The notes under the pieces: model-generated
What the model was told of the DNA's origin: nothing
The model's database searches: none
Seen by the model: only the letters and a program-made list of their open reading frames with translations
NCBI GenBank assembly: GCA_021787535.1
Contig: JAJYLR010000003.1
Span: forward strand, 56 to 64,055
Source of the DNA: a bacterium
GTDB taxonomy: Bacteria; Patescibacteriota; CPR2; UBA1875; JAJYID01
Length of the DNA stretch: 64,000 bases
Reading direction: 5' to 3'
Shown here: positions 1 through 9,786 of the stretch, piece after piece
How the letters are laid out: every line of letters begins with the position of its first letter
How positions within the stretch are numbered: the stretch's first letter is position 1
Program-made: the position numbers and the translations under genes

Positions 1-135
1 AACTGGCCGGGCTTAAAGCTTAAACTGCCCTTGTCGAGTTTAATTCTTAAAGCCAAAATGTCACGGCAAAGTCGGTCTGTTGCCAGAACGGTTGCTTCTT
101 TTAGTTTGTAATCGCATGTTTTGCAGTTTTTCATC
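1..135 (-). CDS. Partial CDS (N-terminus only; MKNCKTCDYKLKEATVLATDRL...) running off the window start
   Basis: The reverse complement of 1..135 reads as an open frame from an ATG at 133-135 with no stop before the window edge. A GAGG-type RBS and a GAATGACA repeat end lie just upstream at 145-152. Confidence 0.3.
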
Positions 136-144
136 TCGCCTCGC

Positions 145-234
145 TGTCATTCTGAACTTCCTGCCCGTCCGGCAGGCGGGGATTCAGAATCCAGATTTTA
201 TTGGTATAGATTCCGGATCGAGTCCGGAATGACA
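145..234. repeat. Hairpin repeat element, TGTCATTC...GAATGACA family (complete copy)
   Basis: TGTCATTCTGAA...TTCAGAATCCAGA plus ATTCCGGATCGAGTCCGGAATGACA. The GAATGACA end faces the minus-strand gene at 1..135. Confidence 0.6.
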
Positions 235-281
235 AGTCTTGAAAATTGATTGGAAATTGAGAATTGGTCATTGAAAATTTT

Positions 282-1112
282 CTACCCATATTTTTCCTCC
301 AAATAATCTAATGTTTCGCGGAAATTGATTTTTGCCGGGCAGTAGGTGATGCATCTTTTGCAGCTGACGCATCCGGAAAAGCCGTATTCTTTCGGCATTC
401 GCACAAACTTATGATGATACCAGTTGTAGATTCTGTCTCTCAGCTCCGGCCTGAAGTCGTGGCTGGAAATGGCGGCGAAGTCGGCAGTCATGCACGAGTC
501 CCAGCTTCTTTGCCTGCAGCCTTCACATTTCGTAATCCCTTCGATTTTCACGATATCTTCAGTATCGAAACAGTAACACATCGGGCAAACGTAGGAACAG
601 ATGCCGCAACCGAAACATATCTCTGCCAGCTTGTCCCAAATCTTATCTCCTTTTGAGTTTGCCAGAATCTCAGCTCGTTTGTTTTTCGGGTATTTCTTTG
701 ACGGTTTATATTTTTTTCTTATGTCTTTTGATTTGATAAAAAGGTCTGAGTTTGCGTCGACTATTTTCTGGCCTTGTTTCGATCCGACCCAGGCGATATA
801 CTTGTTGTCACCGGTTTTTCGAAGATGAAGATCAAAAGCTTGATCATTCTTGGGATCGAAGTCTTCGCTCATGCTTATTAAAATTGAGTTCTTCCTAGTT
901 ACACCATAAACCTCATCTTGCGTTGGTTCGCCGAAAATTTTATCCAGCCGGTTTATTGCTTTCAAGTCAAAGAGACTGAGGCCAAAAATAACTTTATTTT
1001 TTTTGTCTGATTCTTTCTCGGCTTCTCTATTATTTTTGAATTCCAAGATCGTTTGGCGCGCCGGGAAGAAATACTTTGCCGGCGGCAGAGTCGTGATCGG
1101 GTAGTGAAGCAC
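282..1112 (-). CDS. 4Fe-4S cluster protein, anaerobic sulfite reductase subunit A (AsrA) / sulfhydrogenase beta (HydB)-like
   Basis: C-terminal pattern CFGCGICSYVCPMCYCFD...W.SCM...HDFRPELRDRIYNWYHHKF...GCVSCKRCITYCPAKINF, which parallels the AsrA/HydB Fe-S C-terminus. The frame stays open upstream of the GTG at 1112 to about 1255 with no in-frame ATG, so the true start is uncertain. Confidence 0.55.
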   Translation of the reverse strand: MLHYPITTLPPAKYFFPARQTILEFKNNREAEKESDKKNKVIFGLSLFDLKAINRLDKIFGEPTQDEVYGVTRKNSILISMSEDFDPKNDQAFDLHLRKTGDNKYIAWVGSKQGQKIVDANSDLFIKSKDIRKKYKPSKKYPKNKRAEILANSKGDKIWDKLAEICFGCGICSYVCPMCYCFDTEDIVKIEGITKCEGCRQRSWDSCMTADFAAISSHDFRPELRDRIYNWYHHKFVRMPKEYGFSGCVSCKRCITYCPAKINFRETLDYLEEKYG

Positions 1113-1378
1113 TAGCTTGTCGCCGTCCTCCAGGCGCTTAAACTGAAACTTTGAATATACGGCCTCGTCACGTACCTTGACTGGTCCATATACTTCATAT
1201 TTTTCTTGGAGATTTTTGGCCAGCTCCCGTATGCCGGCTTCTGTAATAGTGTAAATATGCCCTCCAAAGCTTTAATGATAACTAAATTATAATCTAAGAA
1301 TATTGCAACTTCAATTTAAAGATTGAGTTTGCGGTTAAGTTGCTTGGATTTTAAGAATTTTCAGTCTATAATTATCTT

Positions 1379-1585
1379 ATGTGGTTAATACTGGTTTTAT
1401 ACCTATTATTTTTTCTAGTTTGGCTGATTATCTCGGGTTTTACAATTTATCAAACCCTCCATTTCTATGAGCCAAACTCTAAGATGAAGATGATGATCCA
1501 CGCGTATATTTGGTTGAGTGTTTTGATATTAATCGTTACCTTTTATTTGCTATATCGGGTAAATTGGAGCGCTCATATTACCTAA
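1379..1585 (+). CDS. Small two-TM membrane protein (hypothetical)
   Basis: 68-aa ORF with two hydrophobic segments, located directly upstream of the bPH_2 gene. Confidence 0.3.
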   Translation: MWLILVLYLLFFLVWLIISGFTIYQTLHFYEPNSKMKMMIHAYIWLSVLILIVTFYLLYRVNWSAHIT

Positions 1586-1599
1586 ATCTGAGGAAAAAT

Positions 1600-2328
1600 A
1601 TGCCTGAAATCGATAAAAACCACAAATATTTTGAGACACAAGAGCCAAACGAAAATGTTTTAAGGGTTGTACGAAGACATTGGGTAGTTTATATGCCGTC
1701 AATCGTGGCACCTGTTTTAGTTTATGTGATTTCAATAAGCTTTTTTATCTTTATCTATCATACCTTTTCTTCTCACGAAGTCATTCAGGCACTTAGCGCG
1801 GCCGTACTGAGCGTATTTTTACTCTTTATTACTCTTTTCGCCTATGCTAATTGGCTGGTCAACTATCTTAATATGCAGGTCATCACAGACTCGCACGTTG
1901 TAGATATTGATCAGATGAACCTATTTTCCCGTAAGATTTCTGAACTTGATCTTCAAGAAATTCAGGATGTTTCAGCTACAAAAAAGGGAATTTTCCAATC
2001 ATTCTTGAATTATGGCGATGTCGTAATCCAGACAGCGGGAGAAATGGAGAATTTTACATTTGATATGATTCCAGAGCCAGATCAGCTGGCTAGGGATGTA
2101 ATGCTTATCAGAGATCAGTATGGAAGAGATCAAAGAAGATATGACGCTAACGTAGTAGGTTATCAGGTACGGGAACAATCAGCAAATCAGGGCTTGAATC
2201 AAAACCAACAAACATCTGTTTTAAATCAGAGCAGTTTGGGTGCCAGACAAACGGGTGTCCAAGCACCGAACCCTGACATCCGGCAAACTGACGCAGATGA
2301 CAGCAGCCGGCCATCAGGCGAGAGTTAA
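1600..2328 (+). CDS. Bacterial PH-domain (bPH_2, YdbS/YdbT-like) membrane protein with Q/N-rich C-terminal tail
   Basis: ATG at 1600 is preceded by GAGGAAAAAT. The segment VVRRHWVVYMPSIVAPVLVYV plus a downstream soluble domain is typical of DUF304/bPH_2 proteins. The track ORF starts earlier, at 1510. Confidence 0.5.
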   Translation: MPEIDKNHKYFETQEPNENVLRVVRRHWVVYMPSIVAPVLVYVISISFFIFIYHTFSSHEVIQALSAAVLSVFLLFITLFAYANWLVNYLNMQVITDSHVVDIDQMNLFSRKISELDLQEIQDVSATKKGIFQSFLNYGDVVIQTAGEMENFTFDMIPEPDQLARDVMLIRDQYGRDQRRYDANVVGYQVREQSANQGLNQNQQTSVLNQSSLGARQTGVQAPNPDIRQTDADDSSRPSGES

Positions 2329-2346
2329 TTTTTTAGGAGGGTATGT

Positions 2347-4296
2347 GTGAGAATCAGCGACGAGGAACTAAAACAAATCCTAATCGAAAACCATCTTTTA
2401 AGTGAGGTTAAGTTTAATGATTATCTAAGTGAAGCCAAAGAAAGCAAAGTCCCGCTTTACAACCTTTTAATTATGAAAAAGGTCATCTCTGATCGCGACC
2501 TTGTGAAGTTATATGGAAAAGAAACAGGGATTCCCTATATAGATTTGGCTGATTTTCAAATAGATAAAAAAGTTTTAAAGAATCTCCCTGAGAAAATTGC
2601 CAGAAAATATAATACGATTGTTTTCAGTAAAGAAAAAGACGGCAGATTTTCTCTGGCAATGAGCGACCCCGGGGATATTCAGGCGATTCAGTTTATCAAG
2701 AAAAAATTTGGCAGTAACTTAAGAATTTTTATCACGCCTCAGTCAGACATTGACTTGATTCTTGACCAATACAAGGCGGGTTTCTCTGAGGAAATCTCAA
2801 AGGCCATTGAAGAAAATAAGGAGATATCCGTTGAGGAAGAAGAACTTGAGGAAACCGCTACCGCCGATACCGTCAAAGAAATAGTCCAGGAAGCGCCTAT
2901 TGCAAGGGCGGTTAAAATCATTCTGGAATATGCAGTAAAATCGCGGGCCAGTGATGTGCATATAGAACCAAGGGAAACATTTATTCAGATTAGATATCGT
3001 ATTGATGGCGTGCTCAGGGATACGATGACATTACCTAAACAGATTATGTATTCGATAGTTACAAGAGTGAAGATCCTGTCAAATTTAAGGATTGACGAAC
3101 ATAGAGTCCCTCAAGACGGAAGGATTAAGCTCAAACTTGCCGGTAAAAGCATTTCGATCAGAGTCTCTACCCTGCCGGTTATGGACGGTGAAAAGGTGGT
3201 CATGAGGATTTTAGATGAATCAACTAAGGCAGCTTCTCTTGAAGAGCTGGGATTTCGGGGGCTGGCCCTCAAAGTTATCAAAAGGAATCTTCATCGTCCG
3301 CATGGAATGACTCTTGTAACCGGTCCTACGGGATCAGGAAAGTCGACCACTCTTTATAGTCTGCTGACCTTGCTTAATGATATCGGCGTTAACATTTCCA
3401 CAGTAGAGGATCCCGTGGAGTATCGCATCCCCGGTGTTAATCAAACTCAAGTGAATCCGGCTGTGGGAATGACCTTTGCTTCCGGACTTAGAGCACTGCT
3501 GCGCCAAGATCCGGATGTGATTATGGTTGGGGAAATACGAGATCGGGAAACGGCGGAAATGGCTGTACATGCTTCGCTGACCGGCCACGTAGTTTTATCT
3601 ACTTTACACACAAACTCAGCCATCGGATCTTTGCCAAGATTGGAAGATATGGAAATCGAACCTTTCCTAATCGCTTCAACAGTCAACGATGTCATTGGCC
3701 AGCGGCTGGTCAGAAAGCTTTGTCCTGATTGCAAGCAGCAGTATTCTCTGGATCATAAGGTTTTAGAGCAGCTGATTTGCGATTTCGGGCTCAAAGAGGA
3801 ATTTTTAAAAATAGAGAATGTCCAGAAAGAGAAAAAGAAGCTTTTAAATCTCGGGCTGGAAACAAAAGATATTTCTGCTCTCGCCGGTTTCACAGGAAAG
3901 AAGTCAATCGCGCAGATTCTGGCTGAAAAACCAGAGCTCTTAGATAAGGTCTCTGCCAAAACAGGCCGCGAGGTTCGCGCAGAACTTTTTATCGAAACCG
4001 ACCCCAAAACCTGCCGGCTGAGTTTAGGTAAAATCGATGCATATCATCTAGATCTTTACAAAGCGGTTGGGTGTGCGAAATGTGAACAAACCGGCTACAA
4101 AGGACGGCTCGGCATATATGAAGTGGTGGAAGTGACAGATGAAATCGGTTCTTTAATTGTGCGGAAGGCCTCAGAGGATGAACTGTCGGCTGAAGCCAAA
4201 AAAAACGGGTTTACAAATATGTATCAGGACGGTTTTACCAAAGTTTTAAGCGGCATCACATCAATTGAAGAATTAGTAAGAGTAACTCAAGAATAA
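2347..4296 (+). CDS. pilB: Type IV pilus assembly ATPase PilB (GspE family)
   Basis: GTG start with AGGAGG 9 nt upstream. N-terminal T2SSE_N-like domains, Walker A GPTGSGKST, Asp box, His box, and a CPDC...CAKC tetracysteine motif. Confidence 0.9.
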   Translation: MRISDEELKQILIENHLLSEVKFNDYLSEAKESKVPLYNLLIMKKVISDRDLVKLYGKETGIPYIDLADFQIDKKVLKNLPEKIARKYNTIVFSKEKDGRFSLAMSDPGDIQAIQFIKKKFGSNLRIFITPQSDIDLILDQYKAGFSEEISKAIEENKEISVEEEELEETATADTVKEIVQEAPIARAVKIILEYAVKSRASDVHIEPRETFIQIRYRIDGVLRDTMTLPKQIMYSIVTRVKILSNLRIDEHRVPQDGRIKLKLAGKSISIRVSTLPVMDGEKVVMRILDESTKAASLEELGFRGLALKVIKRNLHRPHGMTLVTGPTGSGKSTTLYSLLTLLNDIGVNISTVEDPVEYRIPGVNQTQVNPAVGMTFASGLRALLRQDPDVIMVGEIRDRETAEMAVHASLTGHVVLSTLHTNSAIGSLPRLEDMEIEPFLIASTVNDVIGQRLVRKLCPDCKQQYSLDHKVLEQLICDFGLKEEFLKIENVQKEKKKLLNLGLETKDISALAGFTGKKSIAQILAEKPELLDKVSAKTGREVRAELFIETDPKTCRLSLGKIDAYHLDLYKAVGCAKCEQTGYKGRLGIYEVVEVTDEIGSLIVRKASEDELSAEAKKNGFTNMYQDGFTKVLSGITSIEELVRVTQE

Positions 4297-4417
4297 ATCT
4301 TGCAATTTCTAAATCCGAATTTCTAATTTCTAAACAAATTCAAATGATCAAAATCCAAAATAATCAAACAAAAATTCCGATTCAAACATTTCACCTTTAA
4401 CATTTAATATTAAAAAT

Positions 4418-5632
4418 ATGGCTAGATTTAAATACACAGGCAAAGATGGGTCAGGCAATATGACCAAAGGTTATGTAAGCGCCTTTTCAGAAGAAGAGGC
4501 AGCTGTACTTTTAGGAAAAAACAAGATTACCCCCATCGTTATTACCAAGGACAATAATATTTTAGTCCGCATTAAAGATATTCATTTGTTTGACCATCTT
4601 TCATTAACCGATAAAATGATGTTTTGCGAGGAATTATCTACTCTCATTAACGCCGGTGTTCCGCTTGCCCAGTCAATAAGCATTATTAAAGAACAGACTC
4701 AAAAGGGAACGATGAAAAAAATCGCTGCCAATCTTCTGGGAGATATAGAAGGGGGCCAGTCGCTCTCGGGGGCGCTTGAAAAACAAGGGAGGTTTTTCTC
4801 TCCGGTGTTTGTGAATATGGTGAAAACCGGTGAAACGAGCGGAACGCTGGACGAAACTTTACGGGATTTAGCTGTGCAAACAGAAAAAGATCATGATCTT
4901 GTCTCGAAGATCAGGGGAGCTATGACTTATCCCGCTGTGATTTTGGTTGTTATGACCGGGGCTATCATCTTTCTTATGGTCAAGGTTGTCCCGGCTATCT
5001 CCGGTCTCTTCGATGAGCTTGGCGCTACGCTTCCTTTGACCACGCGGATTATGATAGCTGCAAGCCGGATCATGGTGCATGACGGCATTTTTCTGGCCAT
5101 CGGCGCGATAGCGGTGATCGCGGGAATATACTTTGCTTTGACCAGGGTTGCGCCTATCCAAAAAAGTTTTCATGCGGCCATTTTAAAAGCCCCGATTATA
5201 GGTAAAATTTCCTTAAGGTTTAATCTGGCTCGATTTTCAAGGACTTTGGGATCGCTCCTTGGAAGCGGTGTGAGTGTCTTGGAGGCACTGGAAATTGTTT
5301 CTCATTCAACCAAAAACGTTATATTTTCAAATGAGATAGAACAAGTCAAAGAAAGAGTAAAAAACGGCGCGCCGCTTGCGGAACCGCTGAAACAGTCTAA
5401 GATTTTCCCGGTCATGGTCTCTCAAATGATCGGCGTTGGAGAAGAAACAGGCAATCTTGACAAAATGCTGATCAAAGTAGCCGAGTTTTATGAGAGGCAG
5501 ATTGAAAGCTTTACCAAAAATCTTTCAAGCATCATTGAGCCGATTATTATGCTCATTGTCGGCGTTGCTGTCGGTTTTATTATTGTTTCTATTATTACTC
5601 CGATTTATCAAGCTACTCAGAACATTAAGTAA
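4418..5632 (+). CDS. pilC: Type IV pilus inner-membrane platform protein PilC (GspF family)
   Basis: About 400 aa with two GspF-like repeats and three TM segments, immediately downstream of pilB. Confidence 0.85.
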   Translation: MARFKYTGKDGSGNMTKGYVSAFSEEEAAVLLGKNKITPIVITKDNNILVRIKDIHLFDHLSLTDKMMFCEELSTLINAGVPLAQSISIIKEQTQKGTMKKIAANLLGDIEGGQSLSGALEKQGRFFSPVFVNMVKTGETSGTLDETLRDLAVQTEKDHDLVSKIRGAMTYPAVILVVMTGAIIFLMVKVVPAISGLFDELGATLPLTTRIMIAASRIMVHDGIFLAIGAIAVIAGIYFALTRVAPIQKSFHAAILKAPIIGKISLRFNLARFSRTLGSLLGSGVSVLEALEIVSHSTKNVIFSNEIEQVKERVKNGAPLAEPLKQSKIFPVMVSQMIGVGEETGNLDKMLIKVAEFYERQIESFTKNLSSIIEPIIMLIVGVAVGFIIVSIITPIYQATQNIK

Positions 5633-5769
5633 AAATGTTGGAAGTGCGGAAACCGTTGGAGATGTTGGATATTAGAAACAAACCCGCGCACCATCTCAAA
5701 GTACGGGGCAGGCAATTCCGACAAGCGAAGCGATCCGCCAATTCTAACAATTCCTGCTTTAATTAATCA

Positions 5770-5799
5770 TTGACATACAGTTTGAAACAAACTTATAAT
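5770..5799 (+). promoter_or_regulatory. Sigma70-type promoter for the major pilin (TTGACA-18-TATAAT)
   Basis: TTGACA at 5770-5775 and TATAAT at 5794-5799, about 40 nt upstream of the pilin start. Confidence 0.5.
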
Positions 5800-5841
5800 G
5801 GCGCTGTAACTTAAAATGGCTATGCCAGAAAGGAGGTGAAA

Positions 5842-6234
5842 ATGTTAAGTAAGCTGCAAAATAAACGAGGTTTTACCTTGATTGAACTTTTGATTGTTGT
5901 CGTTATTTTAGGCGTCCTTATTTTGATTGTTATCGGTGCAACCAGAGGTGATAAAGGCAAGGCAAACGATGCCAAAAGGAAAGCCGACCTCACTCGCATC
6001 CAGAATGCCTTGGAAGATTGTTATTCAGTGCCATCAGGTACAACCGGCGGATATCCGACCAGTTTAAGCGATACCTGTGTTCAACAAAAATTTGATAATA
6101 ACACTGTGCCGACTGATCCAAAAGATGGAGCAAGCTATAGCTATACTACGACAGGTACTCCTCCTACTACCTATAATCTTTCAACCACTGAGATGGAAAG
6201 AGAATCTAATATGACATTGACGCAAAAACAGTAA
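5842..6234 (+). CDS. Type IV major pilin (prepilin-type N-terminal cleavage/methylation domain)
   Basis: MLSKLQNKRGFTLIELLIVVVILGVL matches the class III signal peptide, G/FTLIE. AGGAGG lies 6 nt upstream of the ATG at 5842. A strong promoter sits upstream. Confidence 0.8.
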   Translation: MLSKLQNKRGFTLIELLIVVVILGVLILIVIGATRGDKGKANDAKRKADLTRIQNALEDCYSVPSGTTGGYPTSLSDTCVQQKFDNNTVPTDPKDGASYSYTTTGTPPTTYNLSTTEMERESNMTLTQKQ

Positions 6235-6301
6235 AAGTATTTGTTCTAAAAAACAGTCCTAAGGGGCTGTTTTTTAGTGGGATAAAAGTTATAATAGATA
6301 T

Positions 6302-6691
6302 ATGCGGAGGGGAATCTTAAAAAACAGCCGGGGAGTGACGCTGACTGAGATTATTATCTTGGTGGTGGTTGTTGCTGTTTTTGCTATTACCTTTATTCCG
6401 CTTGTTACTGAAAATATGGTGGCGAATACCAAGGCAAAGACTCAACTTGCCGCTTATGAGGCGGCCCATCAAAAAATGGAGGAGCTTAGAAATACAAGTT
6501 TTGATACTCTTGCAAGCGGCGCATTTCAAACACCTAATGTTCAGGGGGGGAGCGGTACAGTGACGATTACTCCGGATATAAATGGTGACGGACAAGATGA
6601 ACAGGGTATTGTCAAGGCGGATGTTCAGGTGGCTTATCCCGATCGCGGCCAGACGAAAACTGTAACTTTAACGACCTTTATAGCGCAATGA
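6302..6691 (+). CDS. Pilin-like / minor pseudopilin
   Basis: N-terminal GVTLTEIIILVVVVAVFAI resembles a prepilin signal followed by a hydrophobic helix. Confidence 0.5.
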   Translation: MRRGILKNSRGVTLTEIIILVVVVAVFAITFIPLVTENMVANTKAKTQLAAYEAAHQKMEELRNTSFDTLASGAFQTPNVQGGSGTVTITPDINGDGQDEQGIVKADVQVAYPDRGQTKTVTLTTFIAQ

Positions 6692-7266
6692 AAACATTAG
6701 GCCAAAAAGGATTTACCATTATCGAAATGACTATAGCTGTTGTTATTTTAGGCATAATAGTAGTGGTGATCAGCGATATGTATTTAAAGGGCACCATTTC
6801 TTCAAAAACAGAAATGGCGAGGTCTAAGCTGCAGATTGAAGAGAAAAATGCACTTGAAGGAATAACTAACAATGTTACGCTGAGTACAAAAATCGATTCC
6901 GATTACGGCAGCGGCGCATACACGGGAGGGCAACAAACCTTGATTTTAGACTTGCCGGCTATAGACAGCGGCAATAATTTTCTATATAGCGGCAGCCAGA
7001 AAGTCCATGATTATATAATTTATTATCTAAGCGGTTCGGATTTGCATAAGCTTGTTTATTCAAGCGATCCTGATAGCCGGCTGCATTCTGAAGACGGCAG
7101 CGACCAAATATTGCTTTCCGATGTCAAAAGCTTGTCATTTACCTATGATGCTGCTCTGCCAAATAGCGTAACAGTAACAACAAATCTGATAATTCAGGAT
7201 ACTGCCCAAAATCCGCCGCAGGAAGTAAACATGAGCTCAAAAGCAATGAGGAGGAATAGTGACTAG
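6688..7266 (+). CDS. Minor pilin (prepilin-type N-terminal domain)
   Basis: KGFTIIEMTIAVVILGIIVVVI. The gene overlaps its neighbours by 4 nt. Confidence 0.6.
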   Translation: MKTLGQKGFTIIEMTIAVVILGIIVVVISDMYLKGTISSKTEMARSKLQIEEKNALEGITNNVTLSTKIDSDYGSGAYTGGQQTLILDLPAIDSGNNFLYSGSQKVHDYIIYYLSGSDLHKLVYSSDPDSRLHSEDGSDQILLSDVKSLSFTYDAALPNSVTVTTNLIIQDTAQNPPQEVNMSSKAMRRNSD

Positions 7267-8524
7267 CAAGAAATTTTCAATTTTCAATTTTCAATTTTCA
7301 ATGTCCCTGATTTTGCGGCCGCTTAGAAATAGGCAGCTTTTGCCAAGCCGCCAGGGATCAATCTTGGTTCTATTTATTATTGTTCTGTCTGTCATGACTA
7401 CGATCGTTCTGGCCGTTTCGGGGCTTGTTTTAAATAACCGGATTGGAGTTGAGCGGACTTATCAGAAAGACAAAGCTTTAAATATTGCCGAGGCGGGGAT
7501 ACAAAAAGCGCTGTGGGAACTAAAGGGTCATAACCCATCCTATACCGGAGAAACGGGTAATACTTACATTGCGGGCGGGGAATTTGATGTTACAGTCACT
7601 CAAATTGATGCGAACAACGATTACATTACATCAACAGCTTATGTTCCCTCGAAAGCCAATCCTAAATACAAAAAAGCGATCAAAGTTAAAATATCTGATA
7701 CGCCGGTTACTACAAATCCGGCCTTTAGCTACGCTATTCAGGCGGGAGCAGGAGGTATCGATGTGGGCGGATCGAGCGAGGTACATGGCAGTCTTTATTC
7801 TAATGGTGCAATCTCTGTATCAGGCGCATCAGCAACAGTAAATGATCCCGGAGATGCTTGGGCAGTCACAACTATTACCGATCCCAAAGGCGGAATCAAA
7901 GGCACTAAAACGCAAGGAGCCCAGCCGGTAGCTTTGCCGACTATTGACTTGAACCAATGGCGGTCTTTGGCCCAAGCTGGCGGGACCATTACCGGCGACT
8001 ATTCTCCGCCTGCGACCGGTAGTTACACCAATTTTGGACCAAAAGAAATTACGGGGAATTTTTCAATGTCCGGATCAAATCAAAAAATGAATCTAATGGG
8101 GCCTTTGTATATCCACGGCAACCTAAATATTAGCGGTGGCGAATGGAAACTTGATGATTCCTTCGGGTCCAATGGCACGATAGTTTTGGTCGACGGCCAA
8201 ATCAGTATTACCGGAGGCGACTTTCATGGCAATTCCAGCGGATCTTATATTTTATTTATTTCTACTAGTACCGCTAACACTAAAGACAGCGGTTCTGCAA
8301 TATATTATAGAGGCAATGCTAATGGTGAAAAGCTGGCTCTTTATGCATATAATGGAGCGATGACGTTGGCAGGTTCCGGCGAAATTATCGCAATGACCGG
8401 ACAAACCTTGTTTTTAAACGGCAGCGGAGAGATACACTATGACAGCGGCCTGAAGTCCGAACAGTTTGCCGGCGGCCCCGGCGGGACTTGGGTTGTGAAA
8501 GAATGGCAGGAGATATCGCCCTGA
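7259..8524 (+). CDS. PilX-like large minor pilin (PilX N-terminal domain)
   Basis: GTG start after AGGAGG. RQGSILVLFIIVLSVMTTIVLAVSGL resembles PilX_N. The C-terminal region is rich in G, S and T. Confidence 0.55.
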   Translation: MTSKKFSIFNFQFSMSLILRPLRNRQLLPSRQGSILVLFIIVLSVMTTIVLAVSGLVLNNRIGVERTYQKDKALNIAEAGIQKALWELKGHNPSYTGETGNTYIAGGEFDVTVTQIDANNDYITSTAYVPSKANPKYKKAIKVKISDTPVTTNPAFSYAIQAGAGGIDVGGSSEVHGSLYSNGAISVSGASATVNDPGDAWAVTTITDPKGGIKGTKTQGAQPVALPTIDLNQWRSLAQAGGTITGDYSPPATGSYTNFGPKEITGNFSMSGSNQKMNLMGPLYIHGNLNISGGEWKLDDSFGSNGTIVLVDGQISITGGDFHGNSSGSYILFISTSTANTKDSGSAIYYRGNANGEKLALYAYNGAMTLAGSGEIIAMTGQTLFLNGSGEIHYDSGLKSEQFAGGPGGTWVVKEWQEISP

Positions 8525-8733
8525 CGGGAATGACTAATTAACAATTTCTAATGTCTAATCAAATTCAAATGACCAAATTTCAAAAATTGACGTTTATAAA
8601 TTAGGTATTGTTAAGTATTGATTAGACATTAGAAATTAGGATTTAGAAATTACTCATATGAATTGCTTAAATACTTTGGTTTAAATATAATAAAGATAAT
8701 TATAAAAAGATTAGTTAAGTTACCGGAGGGTTT

Positions 8734-9786
8734 TTGCTTAAGCAAGATCTGATTTATAAAGAAAAAGATTGCCTGGGGCTTGATATCGGCGCCAGTTCGG
8801 TTAAAATCGTCCAGCTTAAAAAGAAAAAGTCGCTGACAAAGTTGATGGGCTACGAAAGCAAGGCGCTTCCGGAGAATATCATTATCGAAGGTGTGATTTC
8901 CGAGCCGGAAAAATTGGCTCAAATGATTAAAGGCATGATAAGCGAGACGAAGGAAGGCAAGTTTACTGCAAAAAAAGCCATTGCTTCAATACCAGATGCA
9001 AATGTTTTCACCAGAGTTTTGGAGATGCCGCCTCTTTCCGCTAAGGAACTGAAAGAAGCTCTCATGTGGGAAGCGGATCAGTCAATACCGATGGCTATGA
9101 CTGATCTTGTCATTGATTGGCAGGTCCTCGGCCCGTCTATTACCAAAAAAGGCATGAATGATATCCTGCTTGTTGGGGCGCCGCTTGCGATTGTCAACTC
9201 TTATGTCCAGCTCTTTGACAAACTAGGTCTCCAGCCGGAAGCGATTGAAACTAGTTTGGTCTCAGTTATTCGGGCGCTTGTGTCAAATAAGGAGCGCGAT
9301 GAAGTAATGCTAGTTGTCGATATTGGATCAAGGTCTACAAACTTAGGTTTTTATGATCATACTCTGCGGCTGGCCGACAGTTTGGATTTCGGCGGATTAA
9401 ACTTTACAGATGCGATCAGGGCCGGCGCTCAAGTTGACGAAAAAAAAGCTGAGGAAATGAAAATGAAAATTGGGCTGAAAGATAAAAAAGTCGCCGAAGC
9501 GCTTGATAGTATTCTTGCCAATTTGAAGAGTGAGATGAGCAAAGTTATTAAATATCACGATGAGAGAAATGAAACTAAGACTTCGAAAGTTATTCTTTGC
9601 GGAGGATCTTCGAACCTTATAGGTCTGACAGAATACTTGGCTGAGGCACTGAAAGTAGAGGTTAAGGTCGGAAATCCATGGGTTAATATCGACACTTATC
9701 CTTTAAAGCCCGTGCCGAAAGCCGAAGCTCCTGCATATGCCAATGCTATCGGGCTTTCGCTGAGGGCTATGGAGGCAATAGTATGA
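8734..9786 (+). CDS. pilM: Type IV pilus assembly protein PilM (actin-like ATPase)
   Basis: LGLDIGASSVKIVQL N-terminal actin-fold motif. TTG start after GGAGGG. It is followed by pilN and pilO. Confidence 0.8.
   Translation: MLKQDLIYKEKDCLGLDIGASSVKIVQLKKKKSLTKLMGYESKALPENIIIEGVISEPEKLAQMIKGMISETKEGKFTAKKAIASIPDANVFTRVLEMPPLSAKELKEALMWEADQSIPMAMTDLVIDWQVLGPSITKKGMNDILLVGAPLAIVNSYVQLFDKLGLQPEAIETSLVSVIRALVSNKERDEVMLVVDIGSRSTNLGFYDHTLRLADSLDFGGLNFTDAIRAGAQVDEKKAEEMKMKIGLKDKKVAEALDSILANLKSEMSKVIKYHDERNETKTSKVILCGGSSNLIGLTEYLAEALKVEVKVGNPWVNIDTYPLKPVPKAEAPAYANAIGLSLRAMEAIV

Noticed and set aside
7270-7300. Tandem heptamer (TTTTCAA)x3
   Set aside because: It lies inside the PilX-like coding region (FSIFNFQF). 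It is short and likely incidental to AT-rich codon usage.
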